A DNA stretch of 64,000 nucleotides from Gammaproteobacteria bacterium UBA3067 (GCA_002366835.1 DFBZ01000018.1:12425-76424), one strand, 5' to 3'; numbered from the stretch's first letter, positions 29,807-39,389 are shown. A program made the numbers and translations. The notes: generated by a model not told the origin, from the letters alone.

Positions 29807-30508
29807 TTATTGAACTAATGAGCGAAGTGATCTTTCATCGGCCAAAGCCTGATTTGTACCCAATACACGAAGAATTCCCTCACTTCGCAAACGCGCAATA
29901 ATTCTACTTGCTGTTTCGGTAGTAATGGCCAGCATGGCTCCCATATCTTCACGGGACGGCAAATAAAACTCGTCTTTCTTGCTCAGGGATGCCAAATATA
30001 GTAGCAAATGAACAACACGAGCCTGCGCCGACCCGCTTGAAAGTTCTTCAATCCAAAAGTCGGCATCCATAGCCACCTTGGACCAACGAGCCATTAGTTG
30101 CCGATACAGGCGTGGGCTGCGTTGACTTATACTTTCAATCTCAACGATAGGGATCCTACAAACCAGGGCAGTATCCAAAACCTCGGCATAGTGTGCATAG
30201 GGTTGATTATCAAGCGCCTCGATACCCACTAAATCACCCTGACTCAATAACCTTACAATTCGTTGTCGGCCATCGTCCGTGAACTTCACCAGCTTAATTA
30301 GGCCGCTACGTAAGGTATAAACATAGTCCGCTTGATCGCCAGCTTTAAATAGGTATTCGTTCGTTTTAAATTCCAGCTCGGTAATAGGATGATGGATAAG
30401 GTCGAAATCAGCTTTATTTAAGTCTGCAAACAACACCAGCTCTCGAATGCCGCATGACTCACACCTCCGCGCCTGCTGCCACGCCTCGTCAATCACTTCT
30501 ATTTTCAT
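29807..30508 (-). CDS. Crp/Fnr-family transcriptional regulator
   Basis: cNMP-binding-like beta-roll ('YVYTLRSGLIKLVKFTDDGRQRIVRLLSQGDLVG') and a C-terminal HTH ('SREDMGAMLAITTETASRIIARLRSEG'). There is an N-terminal 'CESC' pair. Confidence 0.8.
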   Translation of the reverse strand: MKIEVIDEAWQQARRCESCGIRELVLFADLNKADFDLIHHPITELEFKTNEYLFKAGDQADYVYTLRSGLIKLVKFTDDGRQRIVRLLSQGDLVGIEALDNQPYAHYAEVLDTALVCRIPIVEIESISQRSPRLYRQLMARWSKVAMDADFWIEELSSGSAQARVVHLLLYLASLSKKDEFYLPSREDMGAMLAITTETASRIIARLRSEGILRVLGTNQALADERSLRSLVQ

Positions 30509-30732
30509 AAATACTCCATCGAAGGCATTATTTCTTTTATTGCTCCCATTCCTCGTTACGCCTCGTGCTTAACACTACAGGAAAAAAAAATCGACCTAGC
30601 CGTATCGAGCTTTGCTTTGCGGCAGGTGCGGCACACTGAATACTTTTCAGCCAGCTTTATTCAGCAGAAGGAGCACCCCTTGAGGGAAATGATATGGGCT
30701 AAAGTCTTGTATCGAACACAAGATTTTACGAT

Positions 30733-31227
30733 TTACGGTTTAGGAGCGGAAGCAGATGTCCGCTCAAATACGGCCTGAATAAGCATTGCGTCACTACTTG
30801 CCCGATGGCGCTGCAGGGCCAACTCTTCCACCACTCGCGCGCGGGTGGGTTCCCAAACGTTAAGTTGTTGATCACTTAGAATTCTTCTTAAGGATTCGAC
30901 CTTAAAACCCTGCAACAGCTCTGCCTCATCGTAGAGCTTGCCAATCCAGCTGGCGTCGTAACTCCAGGCATCGCTATACACCGTTTGGCCAAGCAGGATG
31001 CGATTGAGGCACTCTGCCACCTCCCTGATGGGCTGCCCCTTTTCCATAAGCAATTCGCGACTAATGCCATGCAGTGATTCTGCTTTAGCATCCCAGTGAA
31101 CCCAGCCTTGTTCTGGCTTAATCAAATAACAGTGCGTAGTGCGATCACTTAATACAACACCAATTTCAATCGGGTAACTACCTAGCCCAAAACCCGAAGC
31201 CTCTACATCAATAATTACGGGAGCCAT
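30733..31227 (-). CDS. DEDDh-type 3'-5' exonuclease domain protein
   Basis: 'VIIDVEASGFG' (Exo I), 'SDAWSYDASW' (Exo II), 'HRASSDA' (Exo III, H-x4-D). Confidence 0.7.
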   Translation of the reverse strand: MAPVIIDVEASGFGLGSYPIEIGVVLSDRTTHCYLIKPEQGWVHWDAKAESLHGISRELLMEKGQPIREVAECLNRILLGQTVYSDAWSYDASWIGKLYDEAELLQGFKVESLRRILSDQQLNVWEPTRARVVEELALQRHRASSDAMLIQAVFERTSASAPKP

Positions 31228-31324
31228 CTTATAACCTGAAAAATTCTCTTAAAACTAGCCCCCTGCTTGGGGCGTAAGAAGAAGCCTAGACGATTGTAAG
31301 GCACCCCGCTCACCTTAAGCGAAT

Positions 31325-33895
31325 TTATCTGCGTGGTGACTTCTTCGTGGTTTTGGAGGTGCTAGTAGCTTTGGAAGCACTGCCGGTTCTAGACGTATTT
31401 GTCGCTTTAGCGCTACCACTTCTCGATGCCTTGGCGCGCGGTTTACGCGCTGGTTGTTTTCTTTCTTTACTGGCAACCTCGCCTTTTTTTGCGGAACTGG
31501 CAGCAGTCTTTCTGCGTGGTTTTTTAGTGCTCTTTTTCTTGCTCTTATCGCTTGTCTTTGCGGTATTTGCTTTGCTAGAACGCGTAGACTTGCCGCCCTC
31601 CCCCTTAGGTTTAGAGCGCCGAGAAGGTCGCCTTCGTTCCTTGCTGGAACTGCTTCCCTCTAACTCAAAATCGATTTTACGGTCATCGAGATTTACCGCC
31701 GCAACACGCACTACCACAGGGTCCGCCAAACGAAACCGCCGCCCGCTGTGCTCACCCTCAAGACTGTGATTGGTGGCATTAAAGTGATAGTAGTCGTTCT
31801 CCAGATTGGAGATATGTACCAAGCCCTCTACATACACATCAGTCAGCTGGACGAAAAAACCAAAGCCCGTCACGGCGCTGATAATCCCTTCGTAGGTTTC
31901 ACCCACTCGATCCAGCATAAACTCACACTTCAGCCAATCGTCCACATCGCGGGTGGCGGCATCGGCTCGACGCTCTGAGTCGGACAAAAGCATACCGAGT
32001 TCGACCATCTCCTTGTCACCGTAGGGAAGATGCTGAGCTTTGGCCAGGCGCTCGGCCCCTTTCACCCTTTCTACATTCGTGGACTCAACACGGGAGCGAA
32101 TAAGGTAACGCAGCGCGCGGTGTAGTAATAAATCAGGGTAACGTCGAATGGGGGAAGTAAAGTGGGCATAGCTACTATAAGCCAAACCAAAATGTCCCTT
32201 GTTTTCTGGGCTATACACCGCCTGCTTCATGGATCGCAGCATTACGGTTTGCACCAACTCCTGCTCGGTGCTTCCCTTTAGCTCACTCAACAAACGTTGA
32301 TAATCTTCAGGGGCAGGTTTTGTTTTTCCTCCGAGAGAGCGCCCCATGCTGTTTAGGAATTCACGCAAGGCCGTCACCTTTTCTTCACCGGGTACTTCAT
32401 GTACGCGAAACAAACCCGGCAGGTTATGCTTCTCAAGGAAACGCGCTGCAGCAACGTTTGCACATAACATACATTCTTCGATGATCTTATGCGCATCGTT
32501 ACGGTGCACAGGCACGATTTTTTCAATCTTGCGGCTTTCACCAAAAACAATACGCGTTTCGGTGGTATCAAAATCAATGGCGCCACGCTGATCACGACTT
32601 TCACGCAACACGTGATACAAATTATGCAGCTCTTCAATGCCTGGGCGTATAGTCGGATACTGCGCATCAAAGCCACCTTTTTCTGCTTCACCACCCTCCA
32701 ACATTGCACCCACCTGGGTGTACGTGAGGCGCGCTTTAGAGTTCATCACCCCTTCATAAAATTTATAACGACTAAGACGACCGGCGGCACTGATGCGCAT
32801 TTCGCACACCATACATAAACGATCCACCTGGGGGTTTAGGGAGCATAAGCCATTGGATAAAACTTCCGGCAACATGGGAATAACCCGCTCAGGAAAATAC
32901 ACCGAGGTGCCCCGATGCACCGCCTCTTGGTCTAGCGCCGAGCCAGGAACAACATAGTGGGAAACATCGGCAATGGCCACCAACAGCCGCCAGCCACCGC
33001 TGCGGGTTTTTTCACAATACACCGCATCGTCAAAATCTCGCGCATCCTCGCCATCAATGGTAACCAGATTGAGATCACGCAAATCGACGCGCTTCTCTTT
33101 TGCAGCTTCCGGCACATCTTTACTATAGGATTTCATGTCCTTTACTACAGAACGAGGCCATTCATTGGGAATACCATGGGCACGAATCGCCACCTCAATT
33201 TCCATACCCGGAGCCATGTGTTCGCCCATTACCTCCTGAATCATCCCTCTGGGGGGTGAGCGAAAGGTGGGTTGATCTTCAATCTTCACCACAACAAATT
33301 GCCCGGGCTTGGCACCGCGTAAATCTTCCTTGTTGACCAAAATGGACTGAGTAAGGCGCTTATTATCCGGCAAAACAAAACAGGCACCCGCCTCACGCTG
33401 CAAACGCCCCACCACCTCTTGCGTGTTACGCTCAAGCACTTCAACGATCATCCCGTCTCGTCGCCCCCGACGATCAACACCCTTGACACGAGACAGCACC
33501 CGGTCGCCATCAAAAACACCGCGCATTTGCCCAGGGGATAGAAATAAATCAGCGCTGCCGTCATCCGGCACCATAAAACCAAAACCATCCCGATGCCCCA
33601 AAACCCTTCCCGGCACCAAATCCACCTTATCCACCGGTGCATAAGCGCCACGGCGCAGACAAATCACCTGGCCGTCACGCTCCATAGCCCGCAAGCGACG
33701 CCGAAGTGCTTCGAGCTGATCATCCGTCGTTAGCTTAAGTCCCTCGGCAATTTCCCGCTGCTGCTGAGGTGCGCCCGCTTTTTCCAGATGGGCAAGAATA
33801 AACTCCCTGCTCGGAATCGGGTTCTCATACTTTTTAGCCTCACGCTTGGCATGAGGGTCTTTCACACCAGAGTGGGAGGTTTTTGATTTTTTCAT
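31325..33895 (-). CDS. rnr: ribonuclease R
   Basis: RNB domain ('TIDGEDARDFDDAV', 'HFGLAYSSYAHFTSPIRRYPDLLLHR'), an S1 domain and a K/S/T-rich basic tail. The start was set to 'MKKSKTSH' (ATG 33895); the ORF track starts at 33970. Confidence 0.9.
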   Translation of the reverse strand: MKKSKTSHSGVKDPHAKREAKKYENPIPSREFILAHLEKAGAPQQQREIAEGLKLTTDDQLEALRRRLRAMERDGQVICLRRGAYAPVDKVDLVPGRVLGHRDGFGFMVPDDGSADLFLSPGQMRGVFDGDRVLSRVKGVDRRGRRDGMIVEVLERNTQEVVGRLQREAGACFVLPDNKRLTQSILVNKEDLRGAKPGQFVVVKIEDQPTFRSPPRGMIQEVMGEHMAPGMEIEVAIRAHGIPNEWPRSVVKDMKSYSKDVPEAAKEKRVDLRDLNLVTIDGEDARDFDDAVYCEKTRSGGWRLLVAIADVSHYVVPGSALDQEAVHRGTSVYFPERVIPMLPEVLSNGLCSLNPQVDRLCMVCEMRISAAGRLSRYKFYEGVMNSKARLTYTQVGAMLEGGEAEKGGFDAQYPTIRPGIEELHNLYHVLRESRDQRGAIDFDTTETRIVFGESRKIEKIVPVHRNDAHKIIEECMLCANVAAARFLEKHNLPGLFRVHEVPGEEKVTALREFLNSMGRSLGGKTKPAPEDYQRLLSELKGSTEQELVQTVMLRSMKQAVYSPENKGHFGLAYSSYAHFTSPIRRYPDLLLHRALRYLIRSRVESTNVERVKGAERLAKAQHLPYGDKEMVELGMLLSDSERRADAATRDVDDWLKCEFMLDRVGETYEGIISAVTGFGFFVQLTDVYVEGLVHISNLENDYYHFNATNHSLEGEHSGRRFRLADPVVVRVAAVNLDDRKIDFELEGSSSSKERRRPSRRSKPKGEGGKSTRSSKANTAKTSDKSKKKSTKKPRRKTAASSAKKGEVASKERKQPARKPRAKASRSGSAKATNTSRTGSASKATSTSKTTKKSPRR

Positions 33896-34091
33896 TTTTT
33901 CAAGCCTGAATAAGTGGGCATGGGGGAAATCAGTGAGCTGGCAGCAAATGACGCGCATGGGAAAGAGCATTCCATTCTACCCGCATTTCAATATCTTATA
34001 GGACACTATTAGCAATTAATGAAGGGAATTTGACAATTCAGCCCAAGATGCGTACATTTCGCCCGTTCCGACTTCGGGATAAGCACATCAC

Positions 34092-34178
34092 GCCCAGGTG
34101 GTGAAATTGGTAGACACGCTAGCTTCAGGTGCTAGTGATCGCAAGGTCGTGGAGGTTCAAGTCCTCTCCTGGGCACCA
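34092..34178 (+). tRNA. tRNA-Leu (anticodon CAG), CCA encoded
   Basis: Acceptor stem GCCCAGG/CCTGGGC, anticodon loop 'cTTCAGGt', long variable arm 'gtgatcgcaaggtc', T-arm 'GGAGGTTCAAGTCCTCT', 3' ACCA. Confidence 0.9.
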
Positions 34179-34839
34179 CTATTAAGTCATTGTTTCTATT
34201 TGATATATAGCCTAGCAGAAGCACTGAAAACTTTCCCTCTATTTTTGTATTTTTGGCTCTGTGACCAAATTGTGCCCATATCGTGACCAAACCCCTCGGT
34301 TTGCTATGGGCAAATCACATGATGTTCATACCTTAAAACTGTTCTCCAGAAGCTCCTCTCAGGCACCATCCAAATCGCTAATGCTAACCACAATGGTGGT
34401 CGATGAGCCGTTAAAGGCTGTGACTGGCAGGTGGCTGCAATCGGCTGATCGCTGACCGATAGATTTAAGCTATTAGCAGCGACTCCTATGACATCGCTGT
34501 AGGTGATTTCAATCGACTATTGAAAAGAATAGCTTGCACGACATATCGATGTCAGACTCAAAAGAAACTGCGGCCGTTACGTTACCGCCCTGACCATGGC
34601 TACCAGCTAAAAGATAAGGCTAAAGTTAAGCGGCATATTGATTAATATCATCCATGCATCAAGTTATAACCACAGCTAAACATTCTAATGAAAATGCAAA
34701 TATTAAACTCAACCAGGAGGTATGGTTTTGACGACATTTTTTCTAAAGCGTCGCTAGCGGGCACCCATAGTTATTTCCATCACCACCAGGTTTTCGAGGC
34801 GTCCTTAAATTTATTTTTTAATATATTAATTCAATACTT

Positions 34840-34871
34840 GACCCGTTTTTATCGTGACCCGTTTTTATCGT
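34840..34871. repeat. 16-bp tandem duplication 'gacccgtttttatcgt' x2 (member of the TTGACCC/GTGACC repeat family)
   Basis: Direct reading: 34840-34855 equals 34856-34871. It is preceded by 'atacttgaccc'. Related 'tatcgtgacc' occurs at 34279-34288 and 'tgtgacc' at 34260-34266. Confidence 0.8.
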
Positions 34872-35144
34872 GGAAGGCAACCTGACGACGGGAGAGGGTC
34901 TTCGCCCAGGTTTCCCCTCTTTTTACAACAACCCCGACAATAAGAAAAGGAGGGATAGGAAGATAAACACTCGCCATCACATTGGCAGACAGTGAAAGAT
35001 TACGCCCTTCACTGGGAACGGTGCTGGTACTATTTTCGACATCGATGGTTTTGGGTTTTCCAACGATGTAGGTGGCTTAAGTTTTTTCGTTTAATATATA
35101 AGCTCACAACTTGCCCCCTTTTTCTTATTTCTTCTAAAGCGTCA

Positions 35145-35190
35145 ATATGATACTTGACCCCTTATCCTATATGATACTTGACCCCTTATC
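35145..35190. repeat. 24-bp tandem repeat 'atatgatacttgaccccttatc(ct)' x2
   Basis: Direct reading: 35145-35166 is repeated at 35169-35190. It is preceded by 'ttctaaagcgtcaat'. Confidence 0.8.
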
Positions 35191-35331
35191 TTCTTTTAAA
35201 AAGAATTGCCGAGGACAGACAGAGCGCCGAGATAAACCGGCAAAAGATTGGAGGTGCAATCCTTCTACTTAGTAAGGAGTAATTACCCGTTATGACCTTG
35301 AGTCATGAGCCGCTGCCCATAAGGTTAGGGG

Positions 35332-35658
35332 TTAAGCGTTGACAGAGGAATGTGCAGGCTCTGTATTGAGTTCCGAAATCATAAAGAGAGAGCGTTGACC
35401 TTGTTGTCTGAAAGGGAAAACAAAATAGCCATCCAGCATTATAGTGAACTTACTGGCTGGCTCTCCGGAGTCGTAGACCTGGTTGCATGTACGAACGTCT
35501 TTTGTGCGGAACTCGGGAGATCTTGTTATTGGCCGTTGCTGTTCCGGTAACGACAGTTTTGGGGTGAAGCCCAAAACTGGATAATAGGAAGTTGGACAAG
35601 ATAATAGTAGTGAAAACGTGACCCCCATAATTAGAGAACCCTGACTCTGCTTTATCAT
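35332..35658 (-). CDS. hypothetical ORF (108 aa), doubtful
   Basis: ORF only. No motif. Lies inside the decayed island. Confidence 0.2.
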   Translation of the reverse strand: MIKQSQGSLIMGVTFSLLLSCPTSYYPVLGFTPKLSLPEQQRPITRSPEFRTKDVRTCNQVYDSGEPASKFTIMLDGYFVFPFRQQGQRSLFMISELNTEPAHSSVNA

Positions 35659-35813
35659 GTGCCTATCCTCATAATCTGTATGAACTCTCTAGATTTATAG
35701 CGTTATTCCCGTGCTTGACCTCAAATTCCCCTTAAGGCTAAATACGCAAAGTTTCCACGCAGTATTATCTGCTGGGGTGTAACTTTTTGATTATGTGAGT
35801 GGTATTTCTAAAG

Positions 35814-36608
35814 ATGGACACATCAAACTTACAGCAGGTTTTTTTGCGCGTCCGCTCAAATAAGGTTTTTGAGCTATTTGTTATTTTTGTCATTGTTTTT
35901 TCGGCGCTTGTAGTGGGTGCCAAAACATATAACCTGCCAGATTCATTTTTTATTTTAACCAAATGGATGGATCTGGGAATCACGGCGATTTTTCTTACAG
36001 AAATAACAATTCGTTTCTTTGGAGAGAAGCACAAAAGCCAGTTTTTTAAAAATGGCTGGAATGTATTTGATACCCTGATTGTAATAGTGAGCCTTATTCC
36101 AATAGATGACTCGGAAATAGCTTTGGTTGGGCGGCTTGTGCGTGTTTTCCGCGTTTTAAGAATGGTTTCTATTATCCCTGAATTGCGCCTGCTATTGAAT
36201 TCATTGCTGAAGGCACTACCACAACTTGGTTATGTTTTACTTTTAATGTTTATTATTTTTTATATTTACGCCGCCTTCGGTGCGTTGTTTTTTGCCAAGA
36301 TTAATGCTGAGCTTTGGGGTGATATAGGTATATCCATGCTGACATTGTTTCGAGTTATGACTTTTGAGGACTGGACCGATGTAATGTATGAAACCATGTC
36401 GGTCTATCCACTGAGTTGGATATTTTATTTAAGCTTTATTTTCCTTACGGCATTTGCCTTTCTGAATATGGTTATTGGTATCGTCGTTAATGTATTGGAC
36501 GAAGAGAGGGCTGAAATGGAGCAGCAGGAAAACCCGCAGCCCAGCTTGCAAGAGATCCAGGAGCAGCTTAACAGGCTGGAAGATCGTCTGGCAGGCCTGG
36601 CGCGCTGA
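35814..36608 (+). CDS. bacterial single-domain voltage-gated cation channel (BacNav/NaChBac family) with acidic filter 'TFEDWTD'
   Basis: Six TM segments. S4 'LVGRLVRVFRVLRMV' has Arg at every third position. Pore 'LTLFRVMTFEDWTDVMY'. C-terminal coiled-coil 'LQEIQEQLNRLEDRLAGLAR'. ATG at 35814; the ORF track begins at GTG 35799. Confidence 0.8.
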   Translation: MDTSNLQQVFLRVRSNKVFELFVIFVIVFSALVVGAKTYNLPDSFFILTKWMDLGITAIFLTEITIRFFGEKHKSQFFKNGWNVFDTLIVIVSLIPIDDSEIALVGRLVRVFRVLRMVSIIPELRLLLNSLLKALPQLGYVLLLMFIIFYIYAAFGALFFAKINAELWGDIGISMLTLFRVMTFEDWTDVMYETMSVYPLSWIFYLSFIFLTAFAFLNMVIGIVVNVLDEERAEMEQQENPQPSLQEIQEQLNRLEDRLAGLAR

Positions 36609-36808
36609 CGTCAAGGTAGCCTCTCTCTGCACCTTGATTCCACAACTAAATCTTAACTTGCTAGAAAGTTAGATAACTAAAGATAAATCATTAGTTGCAG
36701 TTATTATGGGCTTTCGGTCTGACTGGGATACGATGAATGGTTGGCTCATTGCTTTCAACCGTTGTGGACTCAATTCTCATTGCAATGTCTAAGAAGAAAG
36801 AGGAAAAA

Positions 36809-36833
36809 GGGTCAAGTATCATTTTGACGCTTT
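36809..36833. repeat. inverted copy of the 'aaagcgtcaa-atgatacttgaccc' repeat
   Basis: The reverse complement of 'gggtcaagtatcattttgacgcttt' is 'aaagcgtcaaaatgatacttgaccc', which matches 35137-35160 'aaagcgtcaatatgatacttgaccc' with one mismatch. Confidence 0.75.
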
Positions 36834-37039
36834 TTCCTCGGTCAATCCTCTACCATCAAATACTCAGCCTTCTTAAGCAACTTCCGATCATTATCCATTA
36901 ACACTTTCAGTTTACCAATAGTCGTCGGAATGCTGCCTGTTAAATGCTTCAGCAATACTCACAAGCGACTGACCACCTACCACCTGACTAAGATACATCG
37001 CAACTGATATGCTCACCTCATCAATACTATAGGTGTTCA

Positions 37040-37285
37040 ATGAGCAAGCGTACAAGGGCCACTTTTAAGCCCCTATTTAGGCTAAAATCAGTCCAGCTGG
37101 TTGTTAATCAAAATTACAGTGTTCGAGATGCCGACGATGCGATGGGTGCTGGCAAATCAACGATGGGCAAATGGGTTCGCCAGCTTCGTGCGGAGCGAGA
37201 TGGTAAATCACACTAGGCCGCCCCGATGACGCCAGACCAGCGAAAATTCGAGAGCTGGAGAAAAAGATCAGGCGTATTTACGGAG
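37040..37285 (+). mobile_element. IS3-family transposase orfA fragment (truncated, with in-frame stop/frameshift)
   Basis: 'MSKRTRATFKPLFRLKSVQLVVNQNYSVRDADDAMGAGKSTMGKWVRQLRAERDGKSH*' then, shifted, 'APMTPDQRKIRELEKKIRRI'. This is the typical IS3 OrfA HTH plus leucine-zipper start. No orfB follows. Confidence 0.6.
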
Positions 37286-37326
37286 TTTCCGAATGTAACT
37301 GTCGCTGAGGATACGGTGAGTTTGTT

Positions 37327-37460
37327 GCCGTGGAACTATTAAAGCAGACGGCGAAAAATTACTACTGGAGGGCATGCACTATATACGTCCTTTTGGTGGA
37401 CTAAAGATTCTATACCAATGAAAATTCATTGAACAATATCTGGGGCACTTTTCACGCGAT
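37327..37460 (+). pseudogene. excisionase-like (Xis/AlpA-type) gene remnant, frameshifted
   Basis: Across two frames: 'AVELLKQTAKNYYW' / 'EGMHYIRPFGGLKILYQ*' / 'KFIEQYLG'. This resembles the C-terminal half of small excisionase-like DNA-binding proteins. Confidence 0.3.
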
Positions 37461-37503
37461 ACCAATAGTCTGAGCATCCCTATGGCAAGCGGAGATATTT
37501 GTC

Positions 37504-37860
37504 ATGGGTAAGGTACGCGCCAGAGCTGGTAGCAAGCGCCTCTACATCGATTACCGGCACCAGGGCATTCGATGTAGAGAGCAGGCATTACTTGATGACT
37601 CCCCTGCTAACAGGAAAAACTCCATAAGCTACTGGCTCGAATGGAAGCTGATATGTTGTTGGGTAGCTTTGATTACGCCCGGTATTTCCCTAACTCCAAA
37701 CGAGCTAAGCAATTCGGCAGTATCAATCAACGTAAAATAGAAGGCTTTGTCGGTACGCCAAGCTTTTCTGATTTCACCGAAACCTGGCTTGTTGAGATGA
37801 GTGCCCAGTGGCGCAATTCCTACACAAAGAGCCCCAAAGCTCACACCCCCCCTAAAGAGA
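37504..37860 (+). pseudogene. tyrosine integrase N-terminal fragment (arm-binding DUF3596-type), frameshifted and truncated
   Basis: 'MGKVRARAGSKRLYIDYRHQGIRCREQALLDDSPANRKN' continues in another frame as 'MEADMLLGSFDYARYFPNSKRAKQF...FSDFTETWLVEMSAQWRNSYTKS'. No catalytic domain follows. Confidence 0.6.
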
Positions 37861-37979
37861 ACCCTCGTCCAGCACAGCTAATCCAGCGGTGCAAATAGTT
37901 CACACTTTCGTCTATTTGTAGGAGTACAATCACAGCAATTAAGATGACCTATGGACACCGATGACATTAAGGTTAGAGC

Positions 37980-39389
37980 ATGAAAAAGACACACATCACT
38001 CAACTTCCACATAGAGGGAGACAGCAACGGCCTCTTATACAGTTAACTGGCATCCTGCTTTTACTACCCGCCTTTGTTTTTAGCGCTCCAGAATTCATTA
38101 ATGTTTCAGTGACTTTAAACGACCTTCCTGAGCAAGGTCGTGCCTTAGATGACACTGGCACCAGCTCTAACTCTAATCTTTCTCCATCAGAGGCAACAGC
38201 CGCTGTTTTCTCTGCACTGTGCCCCGCTATCGCCAGCCTAGAGCGCACCAGCGCCCAGGATAATTTATTCCAACTATGTACTGCCTTGGATGAAGCAAGC
38301 ACTGCCGATCAAAACCGTATTTATGACCAAATCTCCAGCAAAGCCAGCTCCGCCAATGCCAATATAAGCAACCTTGAGCAATCTGACACACAAACCAATG
38401 CCAACCTTTCCAGCAACGGTATCAATTCAACACCCAATGAAACACGCGCATCAGCCTACCGCTATCAAAGCCAAATTCCGCTTTATAGTTTTCTTGGCTC
38501 ATCCGGCAAGAGTGACTGGGATTATTTTTACAAACGCACCAATACATTTACTAGCTTTGACAGCAGCTTTTCAGAGCGCGACGAAACCGTCGATGACATC
38601 GGCTTTGAAAGTATGCATTTGAAGTTTCTGTTTGGCGCAGACTATCGGATTAATAACACCTTCTTGGTGGGCGCAGCCATTACCTTGGGACGCTCGGAAA
38701 CCGAACTAGCCGACAATCGCGGTAACGCCGATTCTACTGCTATAAACTGGACACTCTTTGGCCTTCACCAAGTCAATGCGCGCTGGTCTGTTAATGGTAC
38801 CTTTATGCTGCAGAGCACTGATTATAACAATACCCGTGAGATATCCATCAACCTTCCTACGCTCGTCAAAAACTATAGCCTGAGCACTGAGTCCTCTACG
38901 GAAAAAACTGGCTTATTCATTGGAAGCGATTACCAGTGGTCGCTCCCCTATGCATTTGAATTAAGCCTTCTTAACCAGTTCAATGCCGTGCGCACAGAAA
39001 CCGAGAACCATAGCGAATCAGGCAACACCGGATTTGAACTATCCACCTATGCCCAAGAAATTAACAGTACAACGATAAATAACGGGGTCGAGATACGTAA
39101 ACCCTTCGCCCAATCCTGGGGGGTACTTATTCCTCAACTCAACATCCACTGGGTACATCAGCTTGCAGACCAATCCAGAGATGTCAAAGCGACCTTTATT
39201 CATGATCCTCAGGCCAACCTGATCGCCTATAGCACCGACGAGGGCGACTCCGATTACTTCACCGCCCAGCTTGGTGCTGTTTTCATCATGCCTAATGGTA
39301 TCAATGGTTTTGCGCAACTCAGCTCAGTACTGGGCTACGAATATTACAGCAACACCACTCTTTCCATCGGGCTTCGCGGAGAACTCTGA
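37980..39389 (+). CDS. autotransporter-type outer-membrane beta-barrel protein with short helical passenger
   Basis: Signal peptide ('LTGILLLLPAFVFSAPE'). The passenger has a paired-Cys helical motif 'AVFSALCPAIASL...NLFQLCTALDEASTADQNRIYDQIS', as in small autotransporters. The C-terminal ~270 aa show an alternating beta-strand pattern. Confidence 0.6.
   Translation: MKKTHITQLPHRGRQQRPLIQLTGILLLLPAFVFSAPEFINVSVTLNDLPEQGRALDDTGTSSNSNLSPSEATAAVFSALCPAIASLERTSAQDNLFQLCTALDEASTADQNRIYDQISSKASSANANISNLEQSDTQTNANLSSNGINSTPNETRASAYRYQSQIPLYSFLGSSGKSDWDYFYKRTNTFTSFDSSFSERDETVDDIGFESMHLKFLFGADYRINNTFLVGAAITLGRSETELADNRGNADSTAINWTLFGLHQVNARWSVNGTFMLQSTDYNNTREISINLPTLVKNYSLSTESSTEKTGLFIGSDYQWSLPYAFELSLLNQFNAVRTETENHSESGNTGFELSTYAQEINSTTINNGVEIRKPFAQSWGVLIPQLNIHWVHQLADQSRDVKATFIHDPQANLIAYSTDEGDSDYFTAQLGAVFIMPNGINGFAQLSSVLGYEYYSNTTLSIGLRGEL

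Noticed and set aside
31347-31769. Several plus-strand ORFs (140 aa, 69 aa) opposite the rnr 3' end
   Set aside because: They are the antisense reading of the Lys/Ser/Thr-rich RNase R tail (L/A/F-rich mirror translation). There is no independent support.
34098-34286. 62-aa ORF overlapping tRNA-Leu
   Set aside because: It begins inside the tRNA gene, so it is an artefact.
34840-35190. Short direct repeats considered as a possible CRISPR array
   Set aside because: There are only two adjacent copies per block, with no regular repeat-spacer periodicity and no cas genes. The repeats are better described as iteron or transposon-end-like sites.
34179-37979. Intact prophage, ICE or Tn7-like transposon at the tRNA
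   Set aside because: No intact integrase, transposase (tnsABC-like), replication or structural genes are present, only fragments. Calling a functional element is not supportable.
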